This document shows, one piece after another, positions 1 to 13,400 of a stretch of DNA of 64,000 nt; within the stretch, counting starts at the first letter, position 1, and each line of letters begins with the position of its first letter. The position numbers and the translations under genes were made by a program. A model generated the notes under the pieces. The model searched no databases. It saw only the letters and a list, made by a program, of their open reading frames with translations, and was not told where the DNA came from. The stretch spans positions 158,125-222,124 of the forward strand of contig JAAOMT010000430.1 of NCBI GenBank assembly GCA_016748015.1, written 5' to 3'. This stretch comes from Geosiphon pyriformis uo1 (Eukaryota; Fungi; Glomeromycota).

Positions 1-2103
1 TTTCTGACCAGATATCTTTGGCTTGTAGCAAATTTGATGTTCTTTGTGATAATAATTTTTCAGTATTAAAGAGTACTTCTATCCAGTCTCTTATTTTTGC
101 AATTAGATCTATTGTTGAGGATGCTCTAGAAAAAAATAAAAAACTTTGGTTGGTACTGCAAGATATACACAAAGCTTATAATTTGGTAGACTGGCATTAT
201 TTAAAGGCAAACTTGCATTATATCAAAATGTGTAAGCAGTTCATCCAGTTTTTTGGCAACATTCATAAAGATAAAATTAACAGGGTGATAATTGACTTTG
301 GGCTCTCAAAAGATTATAGGGTACACAATAGATTGGATCAGAAAGAAGTTTTTTCTCTGCTTTTTTGGAGAATTTTTATGATTTGTTTTTGTATGAGATA
401 AAGAGATATAAGCACTTATATGGATACAGAATAGATACTAGGTTTGTGACAAAGTCTGATAGGATTAAGACAGTTAAAGAAAAAACTTTTTTTTTGGCTG
501 CTGGTGCCTTTGTAAATGATATGATTTGGGTCAGAAGCTGTTAGACTTCTATGCAATATATTTTAAACATTGCTAGTAAGTTTTTTGAGATTAATAACAC
601 ATTAATTAATAATGATAAGACAGTAGCTATTCTTATTAATCAAGGTATTAGGAATGCTTTACTGTTGATTAATGACTCACCAATTTTGATTGCTAAAAAG
701 AGTGAGTTATACCAATATCTGGGTATCTTCTTATCAACTAAGGGTCTCTCTAAATCCAGTTTGGCTCAAGCTTATAAAGATGTTAGGTTTTTTACTAATG
801 TAGTGTTGAGGAAAGCTATTACAAATAAACAATTTTGTTACTTGGTTTCAGCTGTTTTGCAGCCTATTGTTAGCTTTCACATACAGTTTAATTTTGTTTC
901 TTTAGGTGTGTGTTAAAAGTAAAATACTATGATTAGAAAAGATCTTTAAGCCAAGACTGGTTTATCACACAATTTTTCCAAGAAGGTTTTGCACTATCTA
1001 TCTCTGTATGGTTTGAAACTTTTTGAGCAAGTGCAGTCTGAAAGAAAGCTGGCTTTGCTAATTTCATTTTCCAATAGCTGTAGCATTCTTAGACATTTAT
1101 TTGATTATAGATTTTTAAATTTACAGATTCTGGGATAATTTTCTTTAAATTCTTTACAATTCTCTGTCAGATTGCATGTTAGTTCTGTGAACAATTTTTT
1201 GGCTGAGGTGGTGAAAATTTTGCTAAATAATAAGTTGTCTTTAACAAACAATCTGTTTAGTGTCTTTTGTAAATCTGGCAATTTTCTGATGTCTATTATT
1301 TTGAATTGGTCCTTGTATTATAAATCTGTTCTATTATTGAAGCAGTTTGGTGTCACATTTAGTAACAGACTTATAGACAAAAAAGGGAATGTGATAGATT
1401 AAAAAACATTTTGGTGTTAGAAGCAGTTGGATCTAAGGAGCTCTGTACTCTACTGGTTTATGTTGACATCTAAGTTTATGTGCAATTCTGTTTCTTTGGG
1501 AGTTGGGACTGCTACTATTTTTGAAGAGGGTGTGCTTAATGTTTTGAATTCTGATAAGTTCTCTAATGTTCATAATGATTTACTGGAAGTGTGATCTAAT
1601 TATATTGAGGTCTATACAGATGAGTCTTTAAAAGGTGCTGGCTCCAATAAAATAACAGGTGGAGCAGCTACTTATTTTTCAGCTGTAAATGCAGGTATTG
1701 GGATTAGGGTAGCTAGGCTTATGTCCTCTACTTTAACTGAATTGCAGACTGTTGCTTTGGCTTTAGAGTGTGTTCCATTTTCATGCTCTGTTGTTCTGTA
1801 TTTGAATAGCCAATTTACAATTAATGTCTGTATATCTGAGGCTTTTTCTATTGTGCCCGATTTCTACAACCAATGTTGGATTAAAAGATTGCAGATAATC
1901 AATCTTCTTAGAAATAAAGACATTTTTATTAAGTAAGTAAAGGTTAAAAAACATTTTGGTATATCTGGCAATGTTAAAACTGATACATTAGCTAATAAAG
2001 CCACATTCTTGCCTTTCTTTTTGCTGGTTAGAATTCAGAAGAGATATTTAATTGCTAAAAAAACTGCTATATCTGACAATACTTGTTATTTTGTTTGTAA
2101 TAT
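1..2103 (+). mobile_element. Decayed LINE (non-LTR retrotransposon) ORF2 fragment: RT, thumb and RNase H; 5' part outside window, 3' end deleted
   Basis: ORF fragments 18-401, 551-916, 1172-1402 and 1721-1936 are colinear with the minus-strand LINE at 18-23 kb. RT motif GAFVND (AFVDD decayed) at ~503; RNase H motifs EVYTDESL, ELQTVALAL, LNSQ and KVKKHFGISGN. Many stops arise from C>T/G>A changes. Confidence 0.9.
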
Positions 2104-2908
2104 GTGGTAAAACTATTAACTAAGTAGTTAATATTATTATTGTCACTAAAATGCTATAGAAACACAGTTTTAAATATGTTAAAGTTCTGTGGTTTGTTGA
2201 TAAGGTTCTAATACTATGAATTGATAGTATTTTGGAGAAAATATGGAATTGTTTACAGTGCTCTGGTGTTATTCCAGTTATTGGCTATGATTGCTTTAGT
2301 AATATTATTCAACTAAGCTTAAGCATTATTCTTTTTGCTAGTGAATTTTTCAAATTTTGTANNNNNNNNNNNNNNNNNNNNTCTGAGGCTTTTTCTATTG
2401 TGCCCGATTTCTACAACCAATGTTGGATTAAAAGATTGCAGATAATCAATCTTCTTAGAAATAAAGACATTTTTATTAAGTAAGTAAAGGTTAAAAAACA
2501 TTTTGGTATATCTGGCAATGTTAAAACTGATACATTAGCTAATAAAGCCACATTCTTGCCTTTCTTTTTGCTGGTTAGAATTCAGAAGAGATATTTAATT
2601 GCTAAAAAAACTGCTATATCTGACAATACTTGTTATTTTGTTTGTAATATGTGGTAAAACTATTAACTAAGTAGTTAATATTATTATTGTCACTAAAATG
2701 CTATAGAAACACAGTTTTAAATATGTTAAAGTTCTGTGGTTTGTTGATAAGGTTCTAATACTATGAATTGATAGTATTTTGGAGAAAATATGGAATTGTT
2801 TACAGTGCTCTGGTGTTATTCCAGTTATTGGCTATGATTGCTTTAGTAATATTATTCAACTAAGCTTAAGCATTATTCTTTTTGCTAGTGAATTTTTCAA
2901 ATTTTGTA
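1835..2908. repeat. Apparently identical 527-bp direct duplication (1835-2361 = 2382-2908) across a 20-N gap; probable assembly overlap artefact
   Basis: Both copies read the same by eye and are separated exactly by the N run. Confidence 0.85.
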
Positions 2909-4607
2909 ATTAAAATATAAGTTATTGGTTGTTGTGGCTGTTGTTAAAGTTGTAGTTGTAATAGTGCAGCAACTGGTGATGGATCAATCACAATTACTGG
3001 AGGTAAGTTTTGCTGATTACTAATATTGGGATTTGAATTGTTCTGATTTTGCTAAGTTAACACAATTAGAGTTTGAATTTCCAGATTTTCTAGAATTGGG
3101 TTTTGATAATTGAATTTCTGATCTTTATTTTTTTCTTTTTTTGACTTCATTACTTCCCAAAAATTCACAGTTCTGAAATCTGGCTAAGATGGCAGTAATT
3201 GAAATCCTGATGGCATTAATAATTACAAATTAAATTCTTCAAAATAATCACTATAAGTTCCCAATAACTCTGCTTTCTTTTGTTTACTTTAAAACAGAAA
3301 TTAAGTTGATGCTGTTTTTACATTTAATGTGGACATGCCTGTTGATAAAATATTGATAATACTTTTGGGTATATAGTAGTATGATGAATTAGTTAGCAAT
3401 TTAACTCTTGTTTTTTTTCAAGTAGGTAATTGTATTCTCTAAAGTGTTACTGCTGGTGTTTGTAGTTTTTTTTTGCCTTTGTTTGCATAGGTTATTGGAT
3501 ATTTTTGTTGAATGTGGTTTTTAATTTCTTGATTAATTTCAGTAATAATGAATATAAAATTATGATTTACTATTAGGCTGGTATTTTGAATTAATTTATT
3601 GTAAAAATTTTTTCTTGTTAATTCAATATCTACTAGTGCTTTTAGAAAATAAAAAATTCTCTTATTGATGTAAAAATTAAAGACTAATTTTGCTAATAGA
3701 TGATTGTTAATTAATTCTAAGTATTGACAGTAATGTTAAAATAAGTATTTGGTAAATCCTAAATGGTTTGTTCTTATTTTTTTCAATTTTGCCACTTTAG
3801 ACTGGTTGTTTTTGGTGCTAGTTCTCTGTAAAATTATACCTTACAGAGAGCACCAAATGTTACAAATAATTATTTGGGATCTTAAATCAAATAACAAACC
3901 CATAACTTGGTACTTAATAACTGATTTGATAAGTATTATTTAAAGATTTTGTATCTGAAAGTTTGGTTGAGTTTTTTGTATAATGAACAGAGATTCAAGT
4001 ATTGTTTTTATTTGTAGCTTCTCAGAATTACAATTTTGTCAAATTTTTTTCTTCGATATAATGGCCAGTTTATTCTGGCAGTCATGTTTTTCTGGTAAAC
4101 TATCCTTAATCTTCAAGTGTTTTACTCTTGTTTCATGAGTTTTTTATCAGGCTATCTTTGACATTAATAACTCAATGCTTAATCCTTAATCAATTAGTAT
4201 ACAACAACAAAAAAAAAAGAAAAAAAAATAAAGAAATTTAACCCAAGGCAATTTATGTTAGTATTTTATTAATAGCTATGATTAAGAGCTATTGTTCTAA
4301 TGTTATCAAGTATCAAATACTATTAATATAAAGTGTTAATAGTGGGGAGAGTGATTTAAATAGTGAATAATTATTTATTAATATTGATGATTCTAACTAA
4401 GATGTTCTAACCAGAAAATCTTGGTATTGATTTTTCTTCTAATACTCTTGTTATATATACATAATTTGGGTTCTATAAGATCACTTACATTCTCGAGCAA
4501 TGTGTTATAATTTTTTAAGTAATATACTCACATGTTAACTATTATTTTCCTATTGGTCTATCTGTTTTTTCTTACTATTTTCTTATATGCTTTTTCTATA
4601 AGTAACA
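2104..4607 (-). mobile_element. Gypsy element F, truncated: 5' LTR (3858-4607), PBS and 5' part of gag
   Basis: LTR termini TGTTAC..GTAACA. PBS on minus strand TTTGGTGCTCTCTGTAAGG adjoining 3858. Decayed gag from GTG at 3795, homologous to gag of C and D, ends at capsid FSDNNNIN near 2104. Confidence 0.85.
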
Positions 4608-6282
4608 ACAACAATAGCAACAACAAAAAGATAGAAATTCCAGATTACATTCACTCAATGGCTCAACAATTATTTCAAGCTATAAATTAACAACAATTGG
4701 ATATGGAAATTGTTATTAATTACCAAACAATCTGCTATTAGAACACTAAAAAAAAAAGAAAAGCAAGAAATATACTATATTAATAACCACTAAACTTAAC
4801 AAAACACTAATCAGATAAAATAATCAAAAATGTGAAAAATACTTTTAAGAAAACATCTATTATTGTTTCAACAAAAAAGCTAAGAAAAAAAAACTAGAAA
4901 CAATAAACAGAACAATTTTTAATATTATATTGTTATTATTAGTTAGAACAAATATTGAAAATTTAAGAACTATATATTAATAAATTCAAAAAAATTTTTA
5001 ATCAAAAAATAATACAGCAAATTGAAGACTTTTTTGGAAAGAAAACAAATTCAATACTACATATTAGAATAATTTATTAATTATATACCATATTTTAAAA
5101 CTACCCAGAAATACTACTATATCCAGAAATAGAAACAATAACTATTAATCAGTGAAGAAAAATAAACAACTCACAAATAGAAAACATAAAAACCAGAGTT
5201 AAACAAATAATGTTAAAAAAAAAAGTAATAGAATTAATCTAAAATGAAGATTTTGATGGAGCTCAATATTAAAAAAGAGAAGATAATGTTACTTATAGAA
5301 AAAAAAACAAAAAATAGAAAAAATAGATAGAAAAAATAGACCAATAGAAAAATAGTATTGAGCACATAAGTATATTGCTAGTAAATTATGATATATTACT
5401 TAGCAATATAAGCAATATCAGTAAATTAAGACATATTACTTAGCAATATAAGCAATGTTAATAGATTAAAGCATATTGTTCAACAATGTAAACATTACTT
5501 AAAAAATAATAGTATATTGTTTATGAATATGTAAAATCTTAGAAAACATTAATTATGTATATATAGCAAGAGTATTAGAAACAGAAAATACAGAATTCCC
5601 AGCTAAAATTCAATTTAAGATTAATACCCAACTTATTAATTATATTTTATTTTTCTTTTTAAAAAATAGTTTCTATAATTTGAAGTAAAATCAAATTATA
5701 TTAATAAAATATTAATTACTACTTAAATCTATATTATTATTACTTGATTAAAGAATATTAATTATCTTTATTCTATTAACACTTTATATTAATAAAATCC
5801 AATACTTAATTATATTAAAATAATAGCTCTTAATTATGATTATTAATAAGATACTAATTCTTATTTTCTTTTATTATTTTCTTTATTTTTTTTTATTTTT
5901 TTTTATTTTTGTTGTTTGTTGTTTACTAACAGATTAAAGTAATTAAGCACTAATTAATTAATGTTAAAAATAGCCTGGTAAAAAACCCAGAAATAAGGAT
6001 ATAGAGTTTGGAAATTAAAAAATAGCTTACTAAAAGAGCATAACTGCTAAAATAAACTGGCCATTATGCTGGAAAAAAAAATTAATAAAATAATCATTCC
6101 AAAAGACTATGAAAAACAAATCATTGAATCTCTGTTTATTATACAAAAAACTCAACCAAAACTTTTAGATCAACCAAAACCTACAAATTACAAAAACCTT
6201 TAGATCTTACCAATTATACTTATTAAGCATTAAGTTACAGATTTGTTGTTTGTTTTTATACTCCAAATAATCATTTGTAACA
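4608..6282 (+). mobile_element. Gypsy element G, 3' remnant: ORF3 (4631-5272), PPT and 3' LTR (5287-6282)
   Basis: ORF3 (I/M)EIPDYIHSMAQQLFQ...DFDGAQY* is homologous to ORF3 of D. PPT AAAAAAGAGAAGATAA precedes TGTTAC; LTR ends GTAACA at 6282 and resembles the LTR of D. Confidence 0.85.
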
Positions 6283-6790
6283 ACAAATATTTAAAGTAAA
6301 AGATTTTTTAACAAATATATTGACAAAATTTTTTAAAAAAAATGACAAAATTACAGAAACATCTAAGAGAACATTATTTTTATTTTTACTTATAAACTTA
6401 ATCTTTTTTAAAAATATGTTTAATACTTTTTTGGTCACCAATCTAAGTTCTTTAGATGTTTGGTTTAGGTTGTTTTTATTCAAAATATTTTATTTGTTGT
6501 AATTTATACTGGTTTTTTTTATTAAAAATTTTTTTTTTATATCAATATTATTGAATTTAATAATATTATTAGTCTCAAAATCTTAAGAACAATTAATTAT
6601 TTTCTTGGCAAACAACTTTTTATTAACAATATTATCTTTTAAAACATTATATTTTCTTTTTTTTCTAAAAAAAACATTCTTATTAACAATATTAAAGCCA
6701 AAGTTTTTGACAGATTTTTTTATAATAACAATATTAAAACCAATAATAGTCTTGTAATTAAATAGAAATAGTATTGATTTATTAAATTAA
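6283..6790 (-). mobile_element. Heavily decayed LINE ORF1 5' fragment (host of element G)
   Basis: Minus-strand translation ...NVLLDVS...FVKKSFTLNI matches ORF1 of the telomeric LINE (NFLDVLL...SVRKSFVLDI). Confidence 0.65.
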
Positions 6791-7901
6791 ATAATATATA
6801 ATGACAACTAAAAACTTTTTTATTAAAATTAAGACTTATTAATGATTATTAAATAAATTTAATTAAAAAAATATATTATAAACAGTATAAATTTTAATTA
6901 AATACTTATTTAAAAACAAGTTTTAAAAATTTTAAATAATTTATATAAAAAAAACTACTTTTTTATTATAAATTTGAGTAAATAAATAACAAAAAAAAGA
7001 TTATTAAAAATAATTGAAATAATAAAAAAACTAAAATTAAATTTGTAAAAATTAATATACATAATTAATCTTAAAATTATAACTGTTTAATTTTCTAAAG
7101 AATTTGAAAAAACAATAATGTTTATTATTAGTAATAAAATAATATTGTTATTATTATTTTATGTTTTATTTACTTATTTTTAGAATTAATAATAAAGTTT
7201 TTAAAATTTTACTTACAAAAATTGACTTAATAAATTTATAGTTAAATTTATTGGTGTTTTAAAAATTTTGTAAAAAATATAAAGTATTAATATAAAAGTT
7301 ATTAAACTTAAATATAAATATGTTTAAAATAAAAAATTAAATAAGCATTTAAATAAAAAATTGTTAAATACTTAAATAAAATAAAAACAAATAGTTTTTA
7401 ATTTATATAGCTTAAATTATTGGTTATATATAAAAATGTGTAAGTAATATTTTTGTTACATATTTTAAGTTTTAATTAAATTATATTTAATTAAAAATAA
7501 CATTATTAAATTTGTTTTATTTATAATTAAATATATAAACTTTTATTTAATAAGTTTAAAATTAATATAAAGTTACATATATATATGCAAAATAATAATA
7601 AAAATATATTTAATACTGGTTTAATTTTTTCCAATTTTAAACTTACAATTATTTTTATTTTAAAATAATAAAACGAATTTTATTCAATATTAAAATATAT
7701 AAAACAATAATAATAATTTAAGAAAACAAAAATAATTTAATGAATATTGCATAATACAATAATTATTAAAAAAACAATTATATTATAGAGTAAAAACTCT
7801 TGTAATTTAACAAAGGCGGGTTTGTTACCTAAATAGTAAATTTATACTGATAAATCAAAGATCTGAAACGTCATTGACACGAACCAAACATATATTAGGC
7901 C

Positions 7902-9858
7902 ATGTCTTCCCAAACCATAACAAACACACAAAATACCATGTCTGAAGATATTAAACGTGAATTAGAATACGCTAAGACCCAGTATGGGAGATGCGTGGAG
8001 AAGCTAGATAGATTAGAAGAGTTGAAGAAGAATCTGAGAGAGAAGGAGGATGTGGACGAAAACCAAAGGAAGAAGTGGATAGAAGAAAAACAAGAGCTGG
8101 AAAAGCAAGAAAAAAAGCTGGAGATAGAGAAGGACGAGTGGAAGGAGGAGCTGCGAAAATGGGCAGAAAAACTACGTGCAGCAATAGATGATACAGGTAA
8201 CAAATTTGTAAATTCCACTTTTCCATCCATACAATCTATATTACTATTAATTCATTTTGTAATCATATGCGTTTTATGGAAGGAATATCCATATCTAAGA
8301 GAATATTTGGTGTATAACGCTTATTACTTTCTATTTTCTATGGTTATTATAGAACACCTTGCGAAGCGTGCTAGACTTGACATGCCTGACAACACCTTAT
8401 CATTTCTACAACTTCTCTGTCCTCCCTTCGATGAACCAATCACACGCAGCAATCTTGAACACTGTTTTACCTCAGCGTTACTTCAAAAATTGCCAGCTAT
8501 ATCCCATCTTTGCCGGGACTATGGGAATTATCTTGTACCTATAGATTCAGATCCTCTCTACAATGTTCCTAGATTGTTAGCAATCGTCACTACCATTTTC
8601 AGCAAGTCCTTTACCGAAAGTCCTCGGCAAGAACAACGAACCGCAGATGGTATCAATAATCACATTTTGGACATGATTACACTTTTAGGCCAATGTTTCG
8701 CAACTCCATCACTACGCTGGAAACGTAATGGAAAAATAAATGATACGAGTACCATCACAGATAAGAGCGTTCGGCCAGATATCACAGTTTATTGCAACGA
8801 CTTGCTTGTAATGATTGGTGAAGAAAAAGATATTAAGGAAAACATATTAAACGCAGCACAACAACTGAATGATTATTTTCAATTTTGGAATCCACTTGCC
8901 TTTGGTAACTTACCATTTGTTCTAGCCCTTGCAGCGGGAGGTACACATTTGCAATTTTACTATTACTACGTGGATGATACAACGGGCTTGACACCAAGAC
9001 GTGAGACAATTGGCGAATCTCTGATCCTTGACGGTCTAATCCGAGTATACAATTATCAAGTGCTTCAGTACACAATCAATTTTATTCGGATTCTTCGGAC
9101 TTTGTGTCGAGATCAGTACATCACAGCTCCAATATTGAGGCTATACGATGATATCCAACGGTCACATTGTGTTGTTACAATATTCCCCGACAAGATCATT
9201 AAAAAAATAGACAAACCAAGCATTATTGATCTAGATTTCCATAAAAATTTTTACCAAAATACGCTTCCAGGCTTAGGACCAATCAAGGTTCTTAAGTATT
9301 CCCGTACAAGTGACTCAGTGATAGTACATTTGGCTCCGGTTGGCTTTACGATATTTCCTAAATGTGAACGCGAGCTGCGAGATGCTATACTGCATGTACT
9401 TGTAACGCTAGAAAAACTTCATAAGATGAACGTCGTCCATCGGGATATTCGCTGGGATAATGTTTTAAGACTCCCGAATGATAGTTGGATGTTAATTGAC
9501 TTTGAAGAAGCTGCTCCCTTAGGAGCTTCAAGGTACAGTGATAAAAGAATTTCGACTTACGGTTAGACATGTTTGCTAATTGTTGCTATTTACTTTACAA
9601 AGAGATTCATTGGCTATTGGAGCTCCAGAATATAAATCGGGGGAAGACTTTTGTAGCGCTGCAGGAGATATATGGATGGTTGGAAATCTTTTCAAACATA
9701 CTAGAATTTACAACCATATTTCACTTTCTTCATCCGCTCAACAGTTTAAGGAAAAATTGATGAACAAAAATTCTAATAGTCGACCGACTGCAAATGATGC
9801 TCTAAAAGATGAATGGTTTAATTTGCCAGAGGAGCAATTATCTATAATGCAAGCTTAG
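7902..9858 (+). CDS. Crinkler/CR-effector-like protein: N-terminal coiled coil, PD-(D/E)xK restriction-endonuclease-like domain and C-terminal protein kinase; predicted exons 7902-8196, 8353-9532 and 9603-9858 (~576 aa)
   Basis: Intron 1 GTAACA..TTATAG (8197-8352, 156 nt). Intron 2 GTACAG..GCTAAT..ACAAAG (9533-9602, 70 nt) joins ORF 7902 to ORF 9580 in frame. Motifs: RPDITV..MIGEEK (REase fold), VVHRDIRWDNVL, LIDFE, APEY and DIWMVG (kinase), AKRARL (NLS-like). CpG is retained and there are no stops. Confidence 0.85.
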
Positions 9859-10439
9859 ATTTTTAAACACATTAAATGTACTGATGTACAATTATGTTAT
9901 ACAAGTTTTATTATTTGCTTAAATCAATCTTAATTTTTAAATTTGTCTTTGTTTTTTTATATTTTCGGAATTAAAAAAGTATTTTATTTTTTTAGCTGTT
10001 AATGACTATTTTTTATTTCAGATTTTTTAAATAATACATTATTTTTGTATAAAAAATATGTGATGTTTATTTTAATTTGTAATAATTTTAAGTTTAAAAT
10101 ATTAATATTAACAATTTTATAAAAAAACAAAATTTGATTATGTTTTGTTTGTATGTAACCAGTTATTTAAATTAGTTAAAACAATATTATATTTTAAATA
10201 ATATATATTCTGGCTAATTTATTATATATATTATTAATTAAAAAGATAAAAAAAATTTATATTATTAATTAAACTTAAATAATTAAAAAATTGCAATTTT
10301 TTTTTTAATTTAATATTATTAAACTTGTTATTTTTGATATAATCAAATTTATTTTATAAATTATGTTAACTTTAAAAACTTTTTTTTGTATATAATATTA
10401 TTTATATAGAAAAATAACAAAATAACAAAATTAATTAAT

Positions 10440-13400
10440 TTTTTATTTTTATGTTTAATAAATACAGTTCAATCACTATTTAATATACAGAAACAAACTA
10501 AGTAAATCTAATTAAATATGATTTACATGTTTACTATATGTGATCAGTTATTTAAACCAATTAAAACAATACTATATACTTATATAAATCTTTATACTAT
10601 TGATAATATTTAAAAAAAATGAATAAACTTTGTATAATTTAAAACTAATAATAAAAAACTTAATAATATTAAACAAATGAACAACTTTAACTAACAAAAC
10701 ACTAAACAAATTTTCAAAACCAACAGTTATCATATTTATATTATTAATTAAATTACTTTTTCTATATTTGCTTTAAACTTTAATTTAAACAACTATAATT
10801 TACTACAATACTTTTCGACTAAATAATAAACAAAATTAACTACCATTAAAACAGTTTTCTTTTTATTACTAAAAATTAATATTGCCTTATTAGTCTAGTT
10901 CTTAAAAACAAAGTTTTTACACAAAATTTTCAAAAAAAAATATACAATACTAAGAATAATAACAGAAAATAAGATTTTACCAAAGATTTTTATAAATTAA
11001 TATGATTTAGCAGAATTTAGAACAAATAAAGACATTTCTTGAACATATAAAAACATAATTAAACAATTTAATATTATTACACATTAAGCATAAAACATTT
11101 AAATAACTTTTATTATAGTTTTTTATAGACTGTTTTTATTAAATATATGTCAAAAACAGTTAAAGTTCTGTTAATAATTTTAAAAACATGTAAAAATTTG
11201 AATATCAAACTACAGCTATACTAGTTCAGTCTATAGTCTGATAAATATTATAAACAAAATTATAAGTATTTTTTAATATGACTTAACTATTAACCACAAT
11301 AAATCTTTTGCAAATTTCAGCAGAAAATATAAGACAAGACTGTATAATATTACATACAAAAATATCAGCTCAGTTATTGTCTGTATCCTTCAAATAACTT
11401 TTAATCTTTATTTATTTAACAAAAATATTTTTCAATTTAATTAAATTAGCCATATAATATCTCTTTATTTAATACTTGTTTTAAAAATCAAACGGATAAA
11501 ACTTAAACTCTAAAACACATATATTTATAATAACTTGACTGTTTATATGCAAAATTATTAAGCAGAAAAAAAAATACATTTTAATACTAAAACAATTATC
11601 TGTAATTTTAATATTATTAAAAACAACAGTCTATGTATCTTTATATCTATATCTATTTTACTATTAGAAAAATAAGCTATTACTTTACTAACCATTTTTA
11701 TAGTACTTAAATACTTCAAAAAATTATTAGTATAAACATTAAAAATATCTGTTTACAATCTATGCAAATATTTTCAAATATTTAAAAATTTTTTTAAACA
11801 CAAAAAATTTAACCAATTAAAAATAAGAGCAATCTTATTAGGTTTAGTAAGAAATTATTTATAAAAACTAAAGCTTTCTTAATTTATAATAGTATTAAGT
11901 CTTTAAAACTTAATTTTTTAAATAATAAAAAGTCTTTTAATTTACAACTAACTTGTGTTTATTTAATAACTTATTTTTAAAGATAATATTAAAATGTTTT
12001 AAAGAGTAAATTATCTTAAAATAATAAAAATATTCCAAAATTTTGAATATTAAAAAGTAGTAAAAACCACAAAATATGCTAAACAAGTTGTTGATTAAAA
12101 AAATCTGATTATTTAGAAAAATTTTCACAATGTTTACCAAATAATTGTTTATAAAACTAACTTTTAACTTAACTAAGTACTGTAGTAAGTTTATAAATAT
12201 TTATTCTAAAACTTGCAAATTCAAAAAGTAGTGTTTAAATAATTAGCCAAGGATTCTAGTTGTATTAGAAAACTAAACTACTAAAGCTACTTTGCTTTCT
12301 GCTTATATTTGTTTAAAAAACTTTAATCTATACAGAAATAAATAATATAAAGTTTGATTAAAAAAATTTTTAAGCAAATTGGTTTTAAATCTAAATTTTT
12401 TTTTAATTATAATATTTCATTTTTAACATATACTTTTAGATATAAAATTAAATTATGTTTAATAATTTACTATAAGTTAAAAAATTGTTAAGACCAAATA
12501 AAAAACTGTTTATTTAACAATATTTTTCTAAAAACCAAATTCAAAAAAAAACTTAACATCTAAATATGCCTTGATAAAACTTGACTTAAACATATTTTCT
12601 GTTAACAAAAAAATTTCAAGTACCTATAAGATTCACTATACTTGACAATAAAAATAGGTTAATTACTAATATATAAAAAAGAATTTACAATTTTTTAATT
12701 AATGAAAATTACTATTGTTTTGTTATTATTAATAGAAATATTATTAATCTTAAAAAACTTATTAATAATATTCAAAATATACTGTGTTAAAGTTTAATTG
12801 TTTTTTTATTTAAATTGTATTATTAATAAAAATACCAATTGCAAAAAAAGAAGATTTTTTCTATTAATCTTTACTTTACTCATTTTTGCCACAAAATTAG
12901 TGTTGATTTTATATTTACATAAATGTTTATGTTTTTTTATTTTACATAATAATAGATTATAAAAGATTTTCCAAAAAAACAGAGAAAATATTTTACTTTG
13001 ATTAAAACTATCTTATACTTTGTAATTATCTAAAAGACAAAAATTAATCATTACTTTGTTGATTTTGTTTATGTATATATTTTTAAAAAACTTAATAAAC
13101 TTATTATATATCTTAATATACTTCAAATTAGCTTTCAAATAATACTAATTAACTAAATTATATGTTTTGCACATATTCTACAAAACTAATTAAAACTTTT
13201 AGCTTTTTTTCAAAGTATTTTTTACTATTAAACCAATAACAAACACAGAAAATTGGATCAAAGTATTTTTTAAAACCAAAAAATTGGTATTTTAAAAAAT
13301 ATTATATTTACTATAAGCAAAAAAATATAATTCCAAAAAATTTTGTTAAAAATTTTTTTGGTCATTTTAATAAATACAATAAACTGTATATTTATAAAAA

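Noticed and set aside
7895-8230. Ser/Phe-rich antisense ORFs over the kinase gene
   Set aside because: They are shadows of the GAA/AAG-rich coiled-coil exon.
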